Source: Raillietiella orientalis (taxonomy: Eukaryota). From it: a stretch of DNA of 64,000 nucleotides. Below are positions 39,447 to 51,730 of this stretch, piece by piece (positions within the stretch are counted from its first letter, which is position 1; the number at the start of each line of letters is the position of its first letter). A model generated the notes under the pieces. That model did not search any database, was not told the DNA's origin, and saw only the letters and a list, made by a program, of their open reading frames with translations. The DNA is taken from positions 1,178,001-1,242,000 of the forward strand of contig JAYWIR010000004.1 in assembly GCA_036172245.1 (NCBI GenBank), given 5' to 3'. Both the position numbers and the translations under genes were made by a program.

Positions 39447-39569
39447 AGATAATCTTATCAGCATGCTGATAAGAACACTTAAGATGTAAAGATCAGAAAC
39501 CACTGAATACTCAGCACTCATCCCGTTCCCAGGAGATCACGTGGTACACGATCTTTCCTTATCCTTATC
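39447..39569. promoter_or_regulatory. Cluster of five GATA motifs including a 22-bp perfect palindrome
   Basis: AGATAA (39447-39452), TCTTATCAGCATGCTGATAAGA (39453-39474, self-complementary) and CTTATCCTTATC (39558-39569), 110-230 bp upstream of the Ig gene 2 ATG. Confidence 0.45.
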
Positions 39570-40099
39570 GAATTGTTTTTCCAAATTACACTTGTGATTA
39601 AAAAGAATAACGAAACAAGTAGACGATTGAAACTTATTGTTTGATTAGGAATCGTAGAAATCCTGGTCAAAGTGCACGGAAAGTTGCTTCTTCCTTCCCA
39701 GAGACTGTAATTATAGTGACATAATTACGGTAAATATGGAAAGCAAGTGCCCGGAATGAACACGATTGTTTAAGCACCAAGTCAGCACTTAATAAGAGTT
39801 CAATTTTATATATTACACTCCTAATACCACCATATCAATGCAAGCAAGCAATGAACATGAGCTGCAGATGAAGCATGGACATCAAGAGAATATCGAATCA
39901 ATCATCGAAACCATAAGAGCATGTTGTCACGCTTTCTTGTAATAAAGATTTTATTTTACCTCCACAGGTGAAATGTCCTGCTAGAGTTGAGGGAATGGCA
40001 TGAAGATCCTCTAACAACGTGGACAGGAACTAGACACGAAACACATGAGCGGATGAAGAACGAAATCAAACAAGCAAAGAAACCTTCGGGATAGAGCTC

Positions 40100-40600
40100 T
40101 GCAGGAGGCATGCTCCTCTGGAAATGTGACTACATCCACCCGTGTGGAGTCCCCACTTTAATGACAGGCCAGCTTGATGATCTAACGGAGAGCATGCCCT
40201 CCGATGAGTCCGGGCAAATCACGTCCAAGCTCCTTCATCGCTACCAGCATCTATGCACTCAGAGGACACCAACACCAGGAGTATCACTGAAGACAAGCCT
40301 TCGGTATGTACCGTGATGTGTGTTCTGTTTTTAAGAGCCTCTCATTTGGTGAACGTTCCAATAACTATTGGGTTCTCCATAATTTCAGAGCCAGCGTAAG
40401 AAGGCTTGAAAGATATATGCAGAAGCGCACATGTCCATCGTCGTAGTCCCTGCTTCTCAGATGACCGACTTAAGCGACCACCTCTTCCTCAATGTCCACC
40501 TGCATGTGCAGTTGTGTCGTCGAAGCAGAGTGCAATCAAACCAGAATAGAGCTATCTGTCGATTCTGGTTCGATAAGTGCGCCTTAACTTGTCTCCTTGC
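40100..40600 (-). mobile_element. Possible decayed RLE-domain remnant of a non-LTR retrotransposon
   Basis: Minus-strand pieces LLRRHN (RH motif after the Zn knuckle) and terminal PVIKVGTPHGWM*SHFQRS resemble the end of R2/R4-type ORFs. Heavily mutated. Confidence 0.3.
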
Positions 40601-41249
40601 ATACTTGCACCTATGCTGACCACCTCTTAGTCCTAAAGATCAAACGGAGATGGATCCGGTGAATTCCATTCCTGTGAACTCATATCGATTCAGAATAAAA
40701 GCACAGAGTTCTTAACCAGCTCTCTGGAAGAAAATAAGGAGAATGCTCTGAGGTTGAATTTCCTATTTCGAAGAGTTGCGACACGTAAAGGAACCTACTT
40801 CCAGGACAGAACTACTTGCAAAGTCTACTCCAGAGCTACGGCAACAAATAGTCAGGGCATCCGGCTTTCACAGAAATAAAAGCGCAGAATCGAAACACGC
40901 AAGGGAACCAGGAAGGCATTTGAATGGCTGCGGCACAGCTTGTTTCCATATCGTTGTCTCCTCTTCTGATTGGAAAACTACTGCGACGTAAGAATTCCCT
41001 GCTTTGTAGCACGTTTTGAAGAACTGGAATTTTCTTTTTCTAGGAGGTATCAAATATGAGGCTGATCTGCTGTTGCCACGATTTGGGCTTCAGTCGTGGA
41101 TTTATTTCGACGTTGGAACCTTAGCTTCTGTGCAGCCTTCCACGTCACCTAACTTGTTCTCAGTGTCTCTGCTTTCCCGTTTTTGTCCCACTTGAAAGTT
41201 TCTTGGACCAGCATTCACAGTAGTGACGCTGATTACATCCTTGACTGTT

Positions 41250-41804
41250 GATCCAGGACTCGAGCTGCCCGGAAAACGTGCCGGTTGGTTTCACCGCCAT
41301 GTTCTCCGTGTTAGTAACCGGTTCTGAACGGAAACTTCAAGTCATCAGTTTTCCGGACTGCTTTATCTTCACAGAGAATCGTGCAAGCGCCATCCTACAA
41401 ACGCCAAGCTGGAAGAGCGTACCACTGTACTGTGGTACTGTACTATTAAAGTATAGCAGGCTTCTCGTGTTGACAGGGACGATTTCCCAGAGATCGGAAA
41501 AGTGCATTTGTGAGCTTCTATCTTCAAATCTATCTCGCATGGCAGCCACATTTAGCGCTCTTGAGAAACATCCCAGCCTGTATCTCTGTAAGATAACATC
41601 GGGGTATGATCTGGCACAAAGAGACCGAGCACGCGCTAATGATAAACCAATCATTCGGGAATCTCACTGCTCTCCACAGAGGGGATGCTCTGTACTCTCC
41701 TCTGGTCTCCAAGAACTCTATTTGGCTCTATTTGTCTGATTTTTTTTTTGTGTGCGAGTCCATGCCCGTGCCACCGCGTTTGGTCAGCGACCAATACACA
41801 CGGG
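41250..41804 (+). repeat. Left arm of a ~555-bp inverted repeat
   Basis: Reverse complement of 42520-43074. About 5 mismatches were seen, all near the arm ends. The ORF track shows mirror-image identical ORFs. Confidence 0.97.
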
Positions 41805-42519
41805 GTTAAGAGAGCTACATGACGAAATTGAAAGGTCGTGGTACGATGATACACAGCAAGAAATCTGACGTGCTGCTACAGAACAGTAGAAATGCTATCC
41901 GAGGGTTTCACCATTATTCACGTATTTCTTACGAGTGCATACACTCTCCTTCCCACAGAAAGGCACTACCGGCCCCATAGATGCGACCACCATAAACTCA
42001 ATGGGGATGCCATGTAATTCTGATTTTCATTCTTTGTAGAAAAGTAATGTGTAGAATAACACTCTTTAAGGTTTTGTTCAAATGCAGTCATCAGAAAGTT
42101 CCTTAAGTACATCCCTTTATGTGAGCCGGAGCAAATAAAAAAAACTTTATTTCAAATAAGAAAGACGTGAGTGATGAGCAAATCGACACGGATCCACTCC
42201 AAGGTTCCTTCGACTGAAACAGAAAGATACATTTTTCTTTTAAGATTTCTTGCTTGTTGTTCCCAGGCAACGCACCAAGTCACTCGCATCAGCTGTTTCT
42301 TGAGAAGACAGTTATGTACTTCCCCTTGCATCGGGCAGTGATGGATAACCTCGTTCTGTATGCATCATGAGAGCACAGAAAAGTGTAGCTTAACTCAGCA
42401 ATGATCCATAAAGAAACAAATATACGAGAAGATCTGCAACTTTGCAGATGGGTTCCCAGAATAAAAGCGTGTTTTTCGGAATGGTGTTCAATCAGTCAAA
42501 TCGAATGCAAAGTACGCAA

Positions 42520-43074
42520 CCCGTGTGCATTGGTCGCTGACCAAACGCGGTGGCACGGGCATGGACTCACACACAAAAAAAAAATCAGACAAATAGAGCC
42601 AAATAGAGTTCTTGGAGACCAGAGGAGAGTACAGAGCATCCCCTCTGTGGAGAGCAGTGAGATTCCCGAATGATTGGTTTATCATTAGCGCGTGCTCGGT
42701 CTCTTTGTGCCAGATCATACCCCGATGTTATCTTACAGAGATACAGGCTGGGATGTTTCTCAAGAGCGCTAAATGTGGCTGCCATGCGAGATAGATTTGA
42801 AGATAGAAGCTCACAAATGCACTTTTCCGATCTCTGGGAAATCGTCCCTGTCAACACGAGAAGCCTGCTATACTTTAATAGTACAGTACCACAGTACAGT
42901 GGTACGCTCTTCCAGCTTGGCGTTTGTAGGATGGCGCTTGCACGATTCTCTGTGAAGATAAAGCAGTCCGGAAAACTGATGACTTGAAGTTTCCGTTCAG
43001 AACCGGTTACTAACACGGAGAACATGGCGATGAAACCAACCGGCACGGTTTCGGGGCAGCTCGAGTCCTGGATC
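42520..43074 (-). repeat. Right arm of a ~555-bp inverted repeat (spacer 41805-42519)
   Basis: Reverse complement of 41250-41804. Confidence 0.97.
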
Positions 43075-44299
43075 TGCCGACTTGTGTTTGGGCCCGCAAT
43101 TTGAAGATCTGGAGTCAGGAACGTACGAAAGTTCGACGCAGAACATCGGAGCATAAGAAAGCACGGTTAAATACATAAATATGGAAACCATAAAAAAGGA
43201 ATTAACAGAAAGAATAGGAGGAATCGAACTCCAGGGCGAATGCTTGACATTTATCACTCACCATCATTGCCGCTAGCGCGTTTGAGATCGTTTGAAATTC
43301 AAATTGAAATATCAGACATCAGATACATGAAATCAATCATGACATTTTAACTGGTGCATAGAATAAATGCAGTGTTAAAATACGTATGTGGGAAATGTCG
43401 GATGCAGAATACGCACAAGAAATTCATACTACGACGCCAGTTGTGCAAATGCACGAATTTCGGCATTCACTGTAGACAGATTAGTGTATGAGTGCAGCAG
43501 GCTTCCATCTGACATGAGATTTGCAACTGAGGAGACCTTAACAAACCATACTTGTTGTCACGTGAAAGGTGACCCAAAAGAACGGAGGAATATGAGATCA
43601 AAACCTCCACTGAGAAGAAATTCAATTATTTTGCGAGATTTGGTAAACGCACATTTGGAAAGAATGGAACAGTGTGCAAAGACTATATGACATGAAATTT
43701 CGTGGGCGCCTGGAAGAATTCAGAAACAGCTAGGGCTGTCATCTAATACAGAATGATACCGAGTCTGTGGAAGCAACTCCTGTCCTGCGGGAGACGCTGT
43801 GCTCTCCTAACATTAGCCCAAGGGGAGATGAGCTGAATGTCGTCAACCGTGCGGAACGTGGCTAAGATGAGACAACTATGAATACAGATACCTCTGGCAG
43901 AGTCCTTAATGTAGAAGGCCTGAACATGGTGAACACTGGATATGCACCACATCCGAGAGATCAGGAATATCCACTGAAAGATGAGGAAAGGGAATAACGA
44001 AAAGTGAAACTGATAAGAAAACCAAGGATAATGAAGAAAGAGCGACTGAGGAAAGAGGTGAACCGGTGTAACGGGCCTATGAAACCAGCTGTGAACAGTA
44101 GAATGAGCTTACAGAAATGGAAACATACCGAGGGCTCTTATTAGCGTAGTTTTGAAAACCAACTGTCTCAATTGATGGAAAGTACTATACTTCAGGTCCG
44201 TGTGGTAAAACCAACCACCCAGACGATGCAAGGAAGGAAGCTGACAGATCCCATGAACTGCAGTGAGATACGGAGATTGCACCGGATCAACAGGCAAAC

Positions 44300-46700
44300 T
44301 GCTATGAGAATAGGGTAGAAGAATCACAAGCTTTTCATTGCAGGAATATAGGAATATTCTGTGGATGTCTATGAAGCGGAATCTTCCACAGATATCCCGA
44401 CATCTGTCCATATTAAAATCAGGAGGAGTGATCTTGTCTTCTCAGCCGACCTTACACCCTTCAGGGCAGACGGAGTCGCTTCCGTATCACACAAAACCGA
44501 AAATTTCTCCGAATGAAATTTCCTGCATTGGATAGAAGTCATTGGATTCAGAGCCTGCATTGTGTCATCGTCAGCATCCTCCTAAGGTTACGTACTAAGA
44601 GCATTCGAAAACAATCTTACTTTGGAAACCACCTTCAGCGTTGGTAGAGATGAGAATCGGTTTCCATAGGCAGTTTCACATCGCCTATATGAGACATACC
44701 TCTCTAGAAGATTCGATAGTGGATGAATATCAATTCGGTAATCTGCTCGCGGCAGACGCGATCGTTCTCGTATGACGGAGTTTTCGAGAAAAATTACACT
44801 CCACAAACTAAGTTTCGCCAGGCTGGATGACCATCGCAGGACATATGCATCGCATCTGCCGGGTTAACCAGTGCATTCGGAGCAGTTCTACAGGACATAT
44901 CCCTACGGGAGAGCGTAAAGCGAACCAGGGAGCGAATTTTCCAGCATATCATGAAGGGCTTATACACAAATGCCTAAACTTTGCTGCAGGTGGAGTAGCA
45001 AGCCACAAGAGACATTCGGATTCTCATCGGGAGTGATGTCCCCTGTCTATTCAACTTAGCTATGAAGTCCATCCTTCTTAAGACGAGGGAATCATTTGGA
45101 GGAGACTCTTGTAGCCTACGAAGATGATCTGCTCTTGACAGGGAAATTAGAAATCGGACCTTGTGGAAGCCTGCACTGCCTCGATGATGATCCTGGCTAA
45201 AAAACTGGACTACCTATTGATTGATTTAAATAAATGCACGTGGTTATCCTTCGGAAGGACAACACTAAGGTGAGTAACAAAAACAACTTTCAGTGTCGAC
45301 AAAGGCAGCATCCCGGTACTGGATCACGGGGAAGCATACGAACATCTAGGGGAAACATTTGAGATGTTTGGTAAACTGTGATGTAAATCAGCCTACCAAC
45401 GAGTCAATCATGATGGATTGGAGATTGTCTCTATGGCAAGAACTGGATGTCATAAGAATCTTCCTTCTCGACCTAGTGCACCAGCAGAGGCTGGGAATAT
45501 TCAGGAAATCATGTTGGACTTTCCTTAGCAACATTAGATAAGTCGTCAAAACTGCCTTCAACCTACCAAATAGGGAGGCGAATATCCAACAGACCAGAAG
45601 GATGCCTCGGCTTACCCAATCTATCTTACGAGACTGATGCCTCTCAATAGATAGTTGCTTGAGATACTGAACTCGCTAGATCTAAAGATGCAAGAAGCAT
45701 CTTCCAAAACTTGGCGATCGGCGGAAAGGAGATGACGATGATCATCCCAAATGGATGAAAATTTGAAGAAATTCCTGGCCCAGGCGATCGATGGAAAACG
45801 GAACAGACCCAGCAGAGACGTCGGCAGCATCTGGACCGCAGGCAGTCGAGCGTCCGGCTGAGATAAAATGAAGTGGGCGTTTGAAAATGCAGCACCAAAA
45901 ATTACATTTGGGAGTACCACGTTGGGCACACACGCGAGGAAGAAAGGTCCACTGTTCTGCGGACGTTCGGACGCCAGGTAGCATAGGCAGCCCTTACCAC
46001 AAGTCAGTTCTTGGATCAGGAGAAAATCATTTCCGACATCGGAAGGCCTGGTGCTTACGGGTATTTTCTTCTCTATGCCTAACAGCGGGGATTTGCAAAC
46101 TATGGACTAATTCTACTAAATCTTTTGCACGTGAGGAACATAGTCCACTGGAGATAGCTCCGCTCTCATATGCAGAAGAGGTATCGTGTGGGAAGAATCC
46201 CTAGGACATGTCCTCAATCACTGCTCCAAAAGGGAGACCTTGATCAACGCACGACATGACCAACCAGTAACCCAGACCCAGAGGGTTGCCCCTGATACAC
46301 AGTTGCGAGTTGGCAGCCTCCAATGAGCTTCTTTCGGGAACAGACTCGAAGCTGGATCCAGATCCGGTGCTCCAGGGCGGAGGGAAGGTGATTGTACTGA
46401 ATCTCAGGTGACCCTTTGAGTACTCAGCAAACGACACTTCGAAGGGTAAGATCGAAGGAGTGCGAGTATCAAGGGCTGTCCATCACCTCACCTCTAAAGG
46501 AGTGCCCACACAAGCAGGAGCATTCATCGTAGGTCGCCCGGGATCTTGGGATCCGGAAGTGGATGAAGAGATTGGGAGAATCCAAAATTCTTAAGAAACC
46601 GCAAGAATGCAATCAAAAAAGAAATTGTCTTCGTACACCCTGTATTCCTGGGATTCCTTGGAAACCTCGAAGGAATGGATCATTTCCCTCAGCGAAGGAA
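44300..46700 (+). mobile_element. Decayed NeSL/Utopia-like RLE non-LTR retrotransposon (RT + CCHC + PD-D/ExK endonuclease)
   Basis: In order: SPCLFNLAM (~45040), LVAYEDDLLL (~45108), IPVLDHGEAYEHLG (~45310), LSLWQELDVIRIFL (~45425; cf. LAPWQK.DA.RTF), CRRGIVWEESLGHVLNHCSKRETLINARHD (46171-46260), KLDPDPVLQGGGKVIVLNLR*PFE (~46350-46420), AFIVGRPGSWDP (~46520-46555). Many stops and frameshifts. Confidence 0.85.
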
Positions 46701-46849
46701 ATCTCAAGAATCACAACTCCGCCACGAGGACTTGGACAGATTGGGGAAGACGGGAACGAAGGAAGATGCAGAAGGCGAAGAAGGGAAGGAAAAGAGTGGG
46801 AATCCGAGGATGAGCAGAGGCTGGAGGAAAGCTAACCTCCCATCCCCGC

Positions 46850-48230
46850 CACTGCTGCTACTGTTTGCTTTTTCCCTTTTTCTTCCTGACGAAGAGGGAT
46901 TTTTGGAAATGGACAAAGACTTTGTTCTGAAAAGAGCCGGCGTTCCCGAAGAGCGACGCCCAACACCCTCATATCTGCCGGAACAGGGGTTTGCCCCCCC
47001 CCCCTCCCCCCGAGCGATCCCGACCGAGTCGCGAGCCGCTGGCTACGCCCGCGCAGCATCATCGATGGCTGATATGAGGATGGCTGCTGCACGGGAACGA
47101 ACGAAGCAAACCCCTTCCTTCCCGTGCTACCGGTTTCCTCCCCCTTCCTTATCGCGGGCTTCCCCGGTCGCCCCTGAGGAAACAGCCCGAGACGGGTGGC
47201 TGCGAGGTAACCTGGAAGAACCTGTGCGCGCGTCCGGAGTCTGCGAAGAAATCCCCACCCCTCCCTCTCGTCTCCCTTAAATGCACAAAAGGTTTCGTAC
47301 GAGGCGCCCCCCCCCCTCACCCCACCTCCATCTTCTCTGTGATCTCTCACGCGGGTTTTTCTACCTGCTTCCACATCCGACGACGCTCCCTGAAGATGTG
47401 TGTTCCGTATCGAGAAAAATTTGCGTGCCCGAACGGGTTGAAGAGGGGTTCGAAGGGGGGCTCTTCTTATTTCGTCCCTCTCCAGGAAATGGTTGCCGGG
47501 ACGCAGCCGGATTCTGGAGGAAGCCTCGAAGTCCGTCCTCTGTCCAGAAGCCTCGAGCACCTGGCGGCGCGACTCCTCCCGATAGCCTTCCGTTCCTCCT
47601 GAGAACCATCTGAGGGCAGAGGTCCTCCCCTTCCCTCCTCCCAACCTTTCCTGGGGCTCTCGCCTCTACCCATTGCAGAAGTCTCTGACCTTCAGCTGAC
47701 CACGCCCGCACCGGCGTGCAGAACCCCGAGAGTTCTCCCACAAGCCCGCGGATCCTCCCCTTCGCGGGGCACCCGGCTTTCAGATTCCGGGAGGACTTCC
47801 TCTAAGGACTAGTTTTGCGGGATGGAAAGCAGGAAGCGGGGGAGAGGGGGTGCCAAAGTCAAGCTCCCCTCATCCTCCTCCAGAAACCAACGCATCTTCC
47901 CTCCAAAACCATTTCGCGGTTCCTCCCGGAACCGATCTCAGAGATTCCCCTCCGATTTTCTCCCCCGCTCCGAGGCTCCCGAAGGATGTGCTGCCCTTAA
48001 CTTGAGCGGAATCCTTCTCAAGCCGAGAAGCAGACAGAGAGGGGGGGGGGATTATGGGGGAGTCACGTGACCGCCGAAGTCTGCGGAAGAGACGCGAGGG
48101 AATTGGCCGCCGTCTGCGCTCACCCTTGCGTCGCAACGCGTGCGCTTCCCTCGCAACAGCTGGACGCGCGCGGCGTTGCCGACTGCCTAGTCTTAATCGA
48201 AACATATGTTGTTTCACGGCTGCCAGTCAC
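46850..48230. promoter_or_regulatory. GC/CpG-rich island with a palindromic E-box and a candidate minus-strand non-coding first exon
   Basis: Sharp GC/CpG enrichment against AT-rich flanks, GTCACGTGAC at 48062-48071, and minus-strand donor AAGG|GTGAGC at 48124/48123. No recognisable protein in any frame. Confidence 0.35.
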
Positions 48231-51200
48231 GTCTTTTCATTCCACATTACTTTGATTCTTGTTATTAGCGTAGGTAGTGAAAGAAACAGTTCCTGAGAAA
48301 CAGTGAGAAGTAAGTGGAAAGCTTGCAAGTAGAAGCTTGAGCAAGTTTTATTTGAGGATCCGAGAGCCGGCCGCTTGAATCCTTTGAATCCCTGGTTTGT
48401 TTATCTTCAGAATACGCCTCTGGCATAGAATTTCTGACGAGACCATGCTGCTCACAAGAATCATCGTTTTACGCTTGCTGGAATTTTCCAAGGCTCCAAA
48501 GTGATCCGTTCTTATGACTCAAAGACAAACCTTTTCAATAGCTCTAGACAATGGTTGATAAGCGTACTGCATGTCGGCTTTCAATCTGTCTCAAAAGTGT
48601 TTTCCTATTGCTTCCTTTGGAGGTTTGTGGCTTTCGCGAACATATATAGCCTATCTCCAAGTTACCTGTTCGTATCTTTTCTTTCTTTCCACGATTCTGC
48701 GTTTTTCTTTGGAATTCAGGTTCATTTCGAAAGCATCACATGAATAGTGTTTACCTAAGCAGCAATCTTTATCTTAAGCTCCAAACGAAATAATCTAGTG
48801 AAATTTCATAAATATTATCTGATAAAATTTTTGAGCATTCTCACTTCATTTCTGTTTGCCGTAGAAAGAAACGAACAGATGTCGTAGTTGTCAAGGTGAT
48901 TACTTTTTTTCTCATCTAATGGTCTGGAAAAATAAAAAACGATGCCTTGAGAAATAAACAGATAATATTATTCTGCAAAAGTTGAAATTTTTCTTTGTTT
49001 GCCTCTTATATGGAATAAAACGCAGTCATATACTTCTCATTGCAGAGATTCCAACTATTTCGAAAACAAAGTTCGAAAGAATCGAAGGAAAAGTCTTCAT
49101 ATGGTAAACTACCACGAGAGAATCTTGGAACCAATGCTTTCTATGAATCTCTTCAGATGAGATTCTGTCGTCTTTTGTGTGTGACCGTGAGCTATATACT
49201 GTACACAGCCTAATAGAGTATGAGCAAAAAACAATTAGCAAGAAAAACTAAATTCATCAAACCTCTGATAAGCATCATTAAGGCTCGTTACTACAGATTC
49301 TCCATAATTCCCAGTGAGATTCTCGCTACTGGATAATTCCACTCATGATGAATACGCTTTGTGCTCCATCCCGAGTGCTGTGAGTGCAAATTAGATGTCG
49401 AGTCAATTTCTTGAGATGTTCGAATAATGCCTTCGCAGTATCTCAACTCATTCAAAATTCATAGCCTAAGAAAAGTGCTTCCACAGGAAAAAAAAAAAAA
49501 AAAATGGATCCATCGGATGTTCATGCCCAAATTGTCATTTAAGGCCTTCAATTATAAAATTTTTGTGCCTGGGTTGATTGCTTTCACGTGATATCAGAAG
49601 TACAGTTTAATTATCTAGCCTCTTTGATTAGCATACATAAAATGAAGACATCCTTCATGTCTTTAAAATCAGGTAGTTGAACAGCATACTGAAAATTCTA
49701 TCAATTTAGAAACAAACATTCTAATTTTGTGGGATGAACTGAGGATCGCAATTCATATTTAACTCATACTGTGTATTACAACGTAAGCATTGAACTTATA
49801 TTCTAAAAATTGTAAAATCATTTTCAAAACATAAACTGAATTGCACAAGTTATCTTGAGCAATTCAGTTTTTCCCGAGACATCTTCCTTCAACCGTTTTA
49901 GAAATCTAGAAGCTCTAAAAATTGTTTTTATCGATGTTTTAGAATGCAGTTTAGAAGTGCAATTCCCCGTCATTCTCTGGCAATCACTTTAAGCATTTCT
50001 TTTGCATCCAAATCAAATTTTTTTTTTTTCAGATAAGAAAAAAAAAAAAAAGGCACTTATTTCTAAAGCACTTTGAAAAATTTCTAGTAGAGATTCTTGT
50101 ACTTCCAGATAGAATACAATATTATATATTTCCTTTGTTTTCTATTTTGTCTTTATTATTAAGCACAGACAAAAGAGTTGACACGTTAAAACCAATGAAA
50201 CCGCTAAACTGAGCACAAGTGTTAAACATTTTATGGAGGAGATTTTTTTTATAATTGAATAACTCAAATCCAATCATTTTTACAGCATTCGAATTTCTAT
50301 TCTACTGATGTGGTGATTTATAGCATATTACTCAAGATAAAATTGTCAGTACAATCCAGCCATTCCTTTTGATTCAGAAACCTCCATTAGAAGTTAGAGG
50401 AAACATAGGATTGCCATAGTCTTTCAATCTACAGATTCTTATGAAACTGCATCAATGAGGATCTTCATTCACGTAAATATGGAAACACTTATACGAAAGA
50501 ACTTCTTACTTAATATTTTCACTCCTGTTTACATTGACTGAATGATGACATGGCACTGTTTCTTGATACATGTAATTTTCAGTACTTAGTTGCGACAATT
50601 CATCTATCCTGGACATCGCTATTGAAATTTCAGTTAGCATTACTATTAAACCGTGCCATAGGAATTTAAAAAGGTAATTCCTAATTTTTTCAGTTATATC
50701 GAACAATCAATTTAATTAGTTTTGCAAGAGAATTGAATGATCATTAATCAGTACACCGTTACAAGAAAGTGATTTTTAAGTTGGCAATATAACATACGTA
50801 CAGCATATGTCTTTGTGAGAAATGAGGCAACTACCTTGATTTTTACACCAGCCATCATACCATACATTTAAAGGTTTCATCATACTTTTCAGGAATATCA
50901 CTCTGAATTCTTTCTTTTCTATATTTTTCGTTTCTCCCTACTCAATGGCAACTTGAATCACACGCACAAATTATGATTGCATGGAAAAAAATGATTTTTT
51001 CATGTCTTCACAAAGAAATTGAAGGCTCCACATGCTACTAGAGATAAACATTTACGATTCTACTTTAACTTAGTTTCTTCAAACTAGCATGAATAGAAGT
51101 TTTTTTTTTTTTTTTTTTATCATCATCAAAGCTATATGAGAATTAGTTCTATCATAGCTTTTTTTCCCTTGAAACAAACCTGTTTTATACAAAAATTGTC

Positions 51201-51730
51201 ATAAATCCTCCCGTGTCTGAAACGTTTTGATGCAGATAATAGTAAACCATATTTTGGACTGACTGGACAAATGGATCAATTGAAAACTCATTCCAGACTA
51301 ACTATGAAAATGCATAGAAAGCTTTATGCTAGACCATTTTTCAGCATACATGAGGGTATTTAACGAGAGAAAGATCGTGCTTATCGCATTAAAAGAAAAA
51401 AGCGACAAGTCGTTTGCATCACGTATCAGAATAGACTGTTTTTCCAAAGTGCGAAAGCGAGCAACTCCTAGGGATGAAATTCCGCTTCTTCCTTACTGGA
51501 ATGCCTGCCTCTGGCCTAGTAGTACAATTCTTTCAATTTTTTTCAGCACGCATTTTTCCGCTTGTTGGACCCTGGTATTTCTCATTAGGTTGACGTGTCC
51601 CACTTCGTTTCACCTTTCCGAAACAATCGATCTTGGAGTCCTATTTTCGAAATGGTAGTCAGTGCAGTGCGACTGGTAATTCTGTTGTTGCGTTTGTCGA
51701 CTTTTGCGTGCCCGTGCGAGGTAAGACGCG

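Noticed and set aside
39453..39480. U2 stem IIa-like sequence (GTTCTTATCAG...CTGATA)
   Set aside because: The match is short and is explained by the GATA palindrome; no flanking U2 sequence.
41250..43074. Intact TIR DNA transposon
   Set aside because: No target-site duplication outside the arms and no transposase ORF in the spacer.
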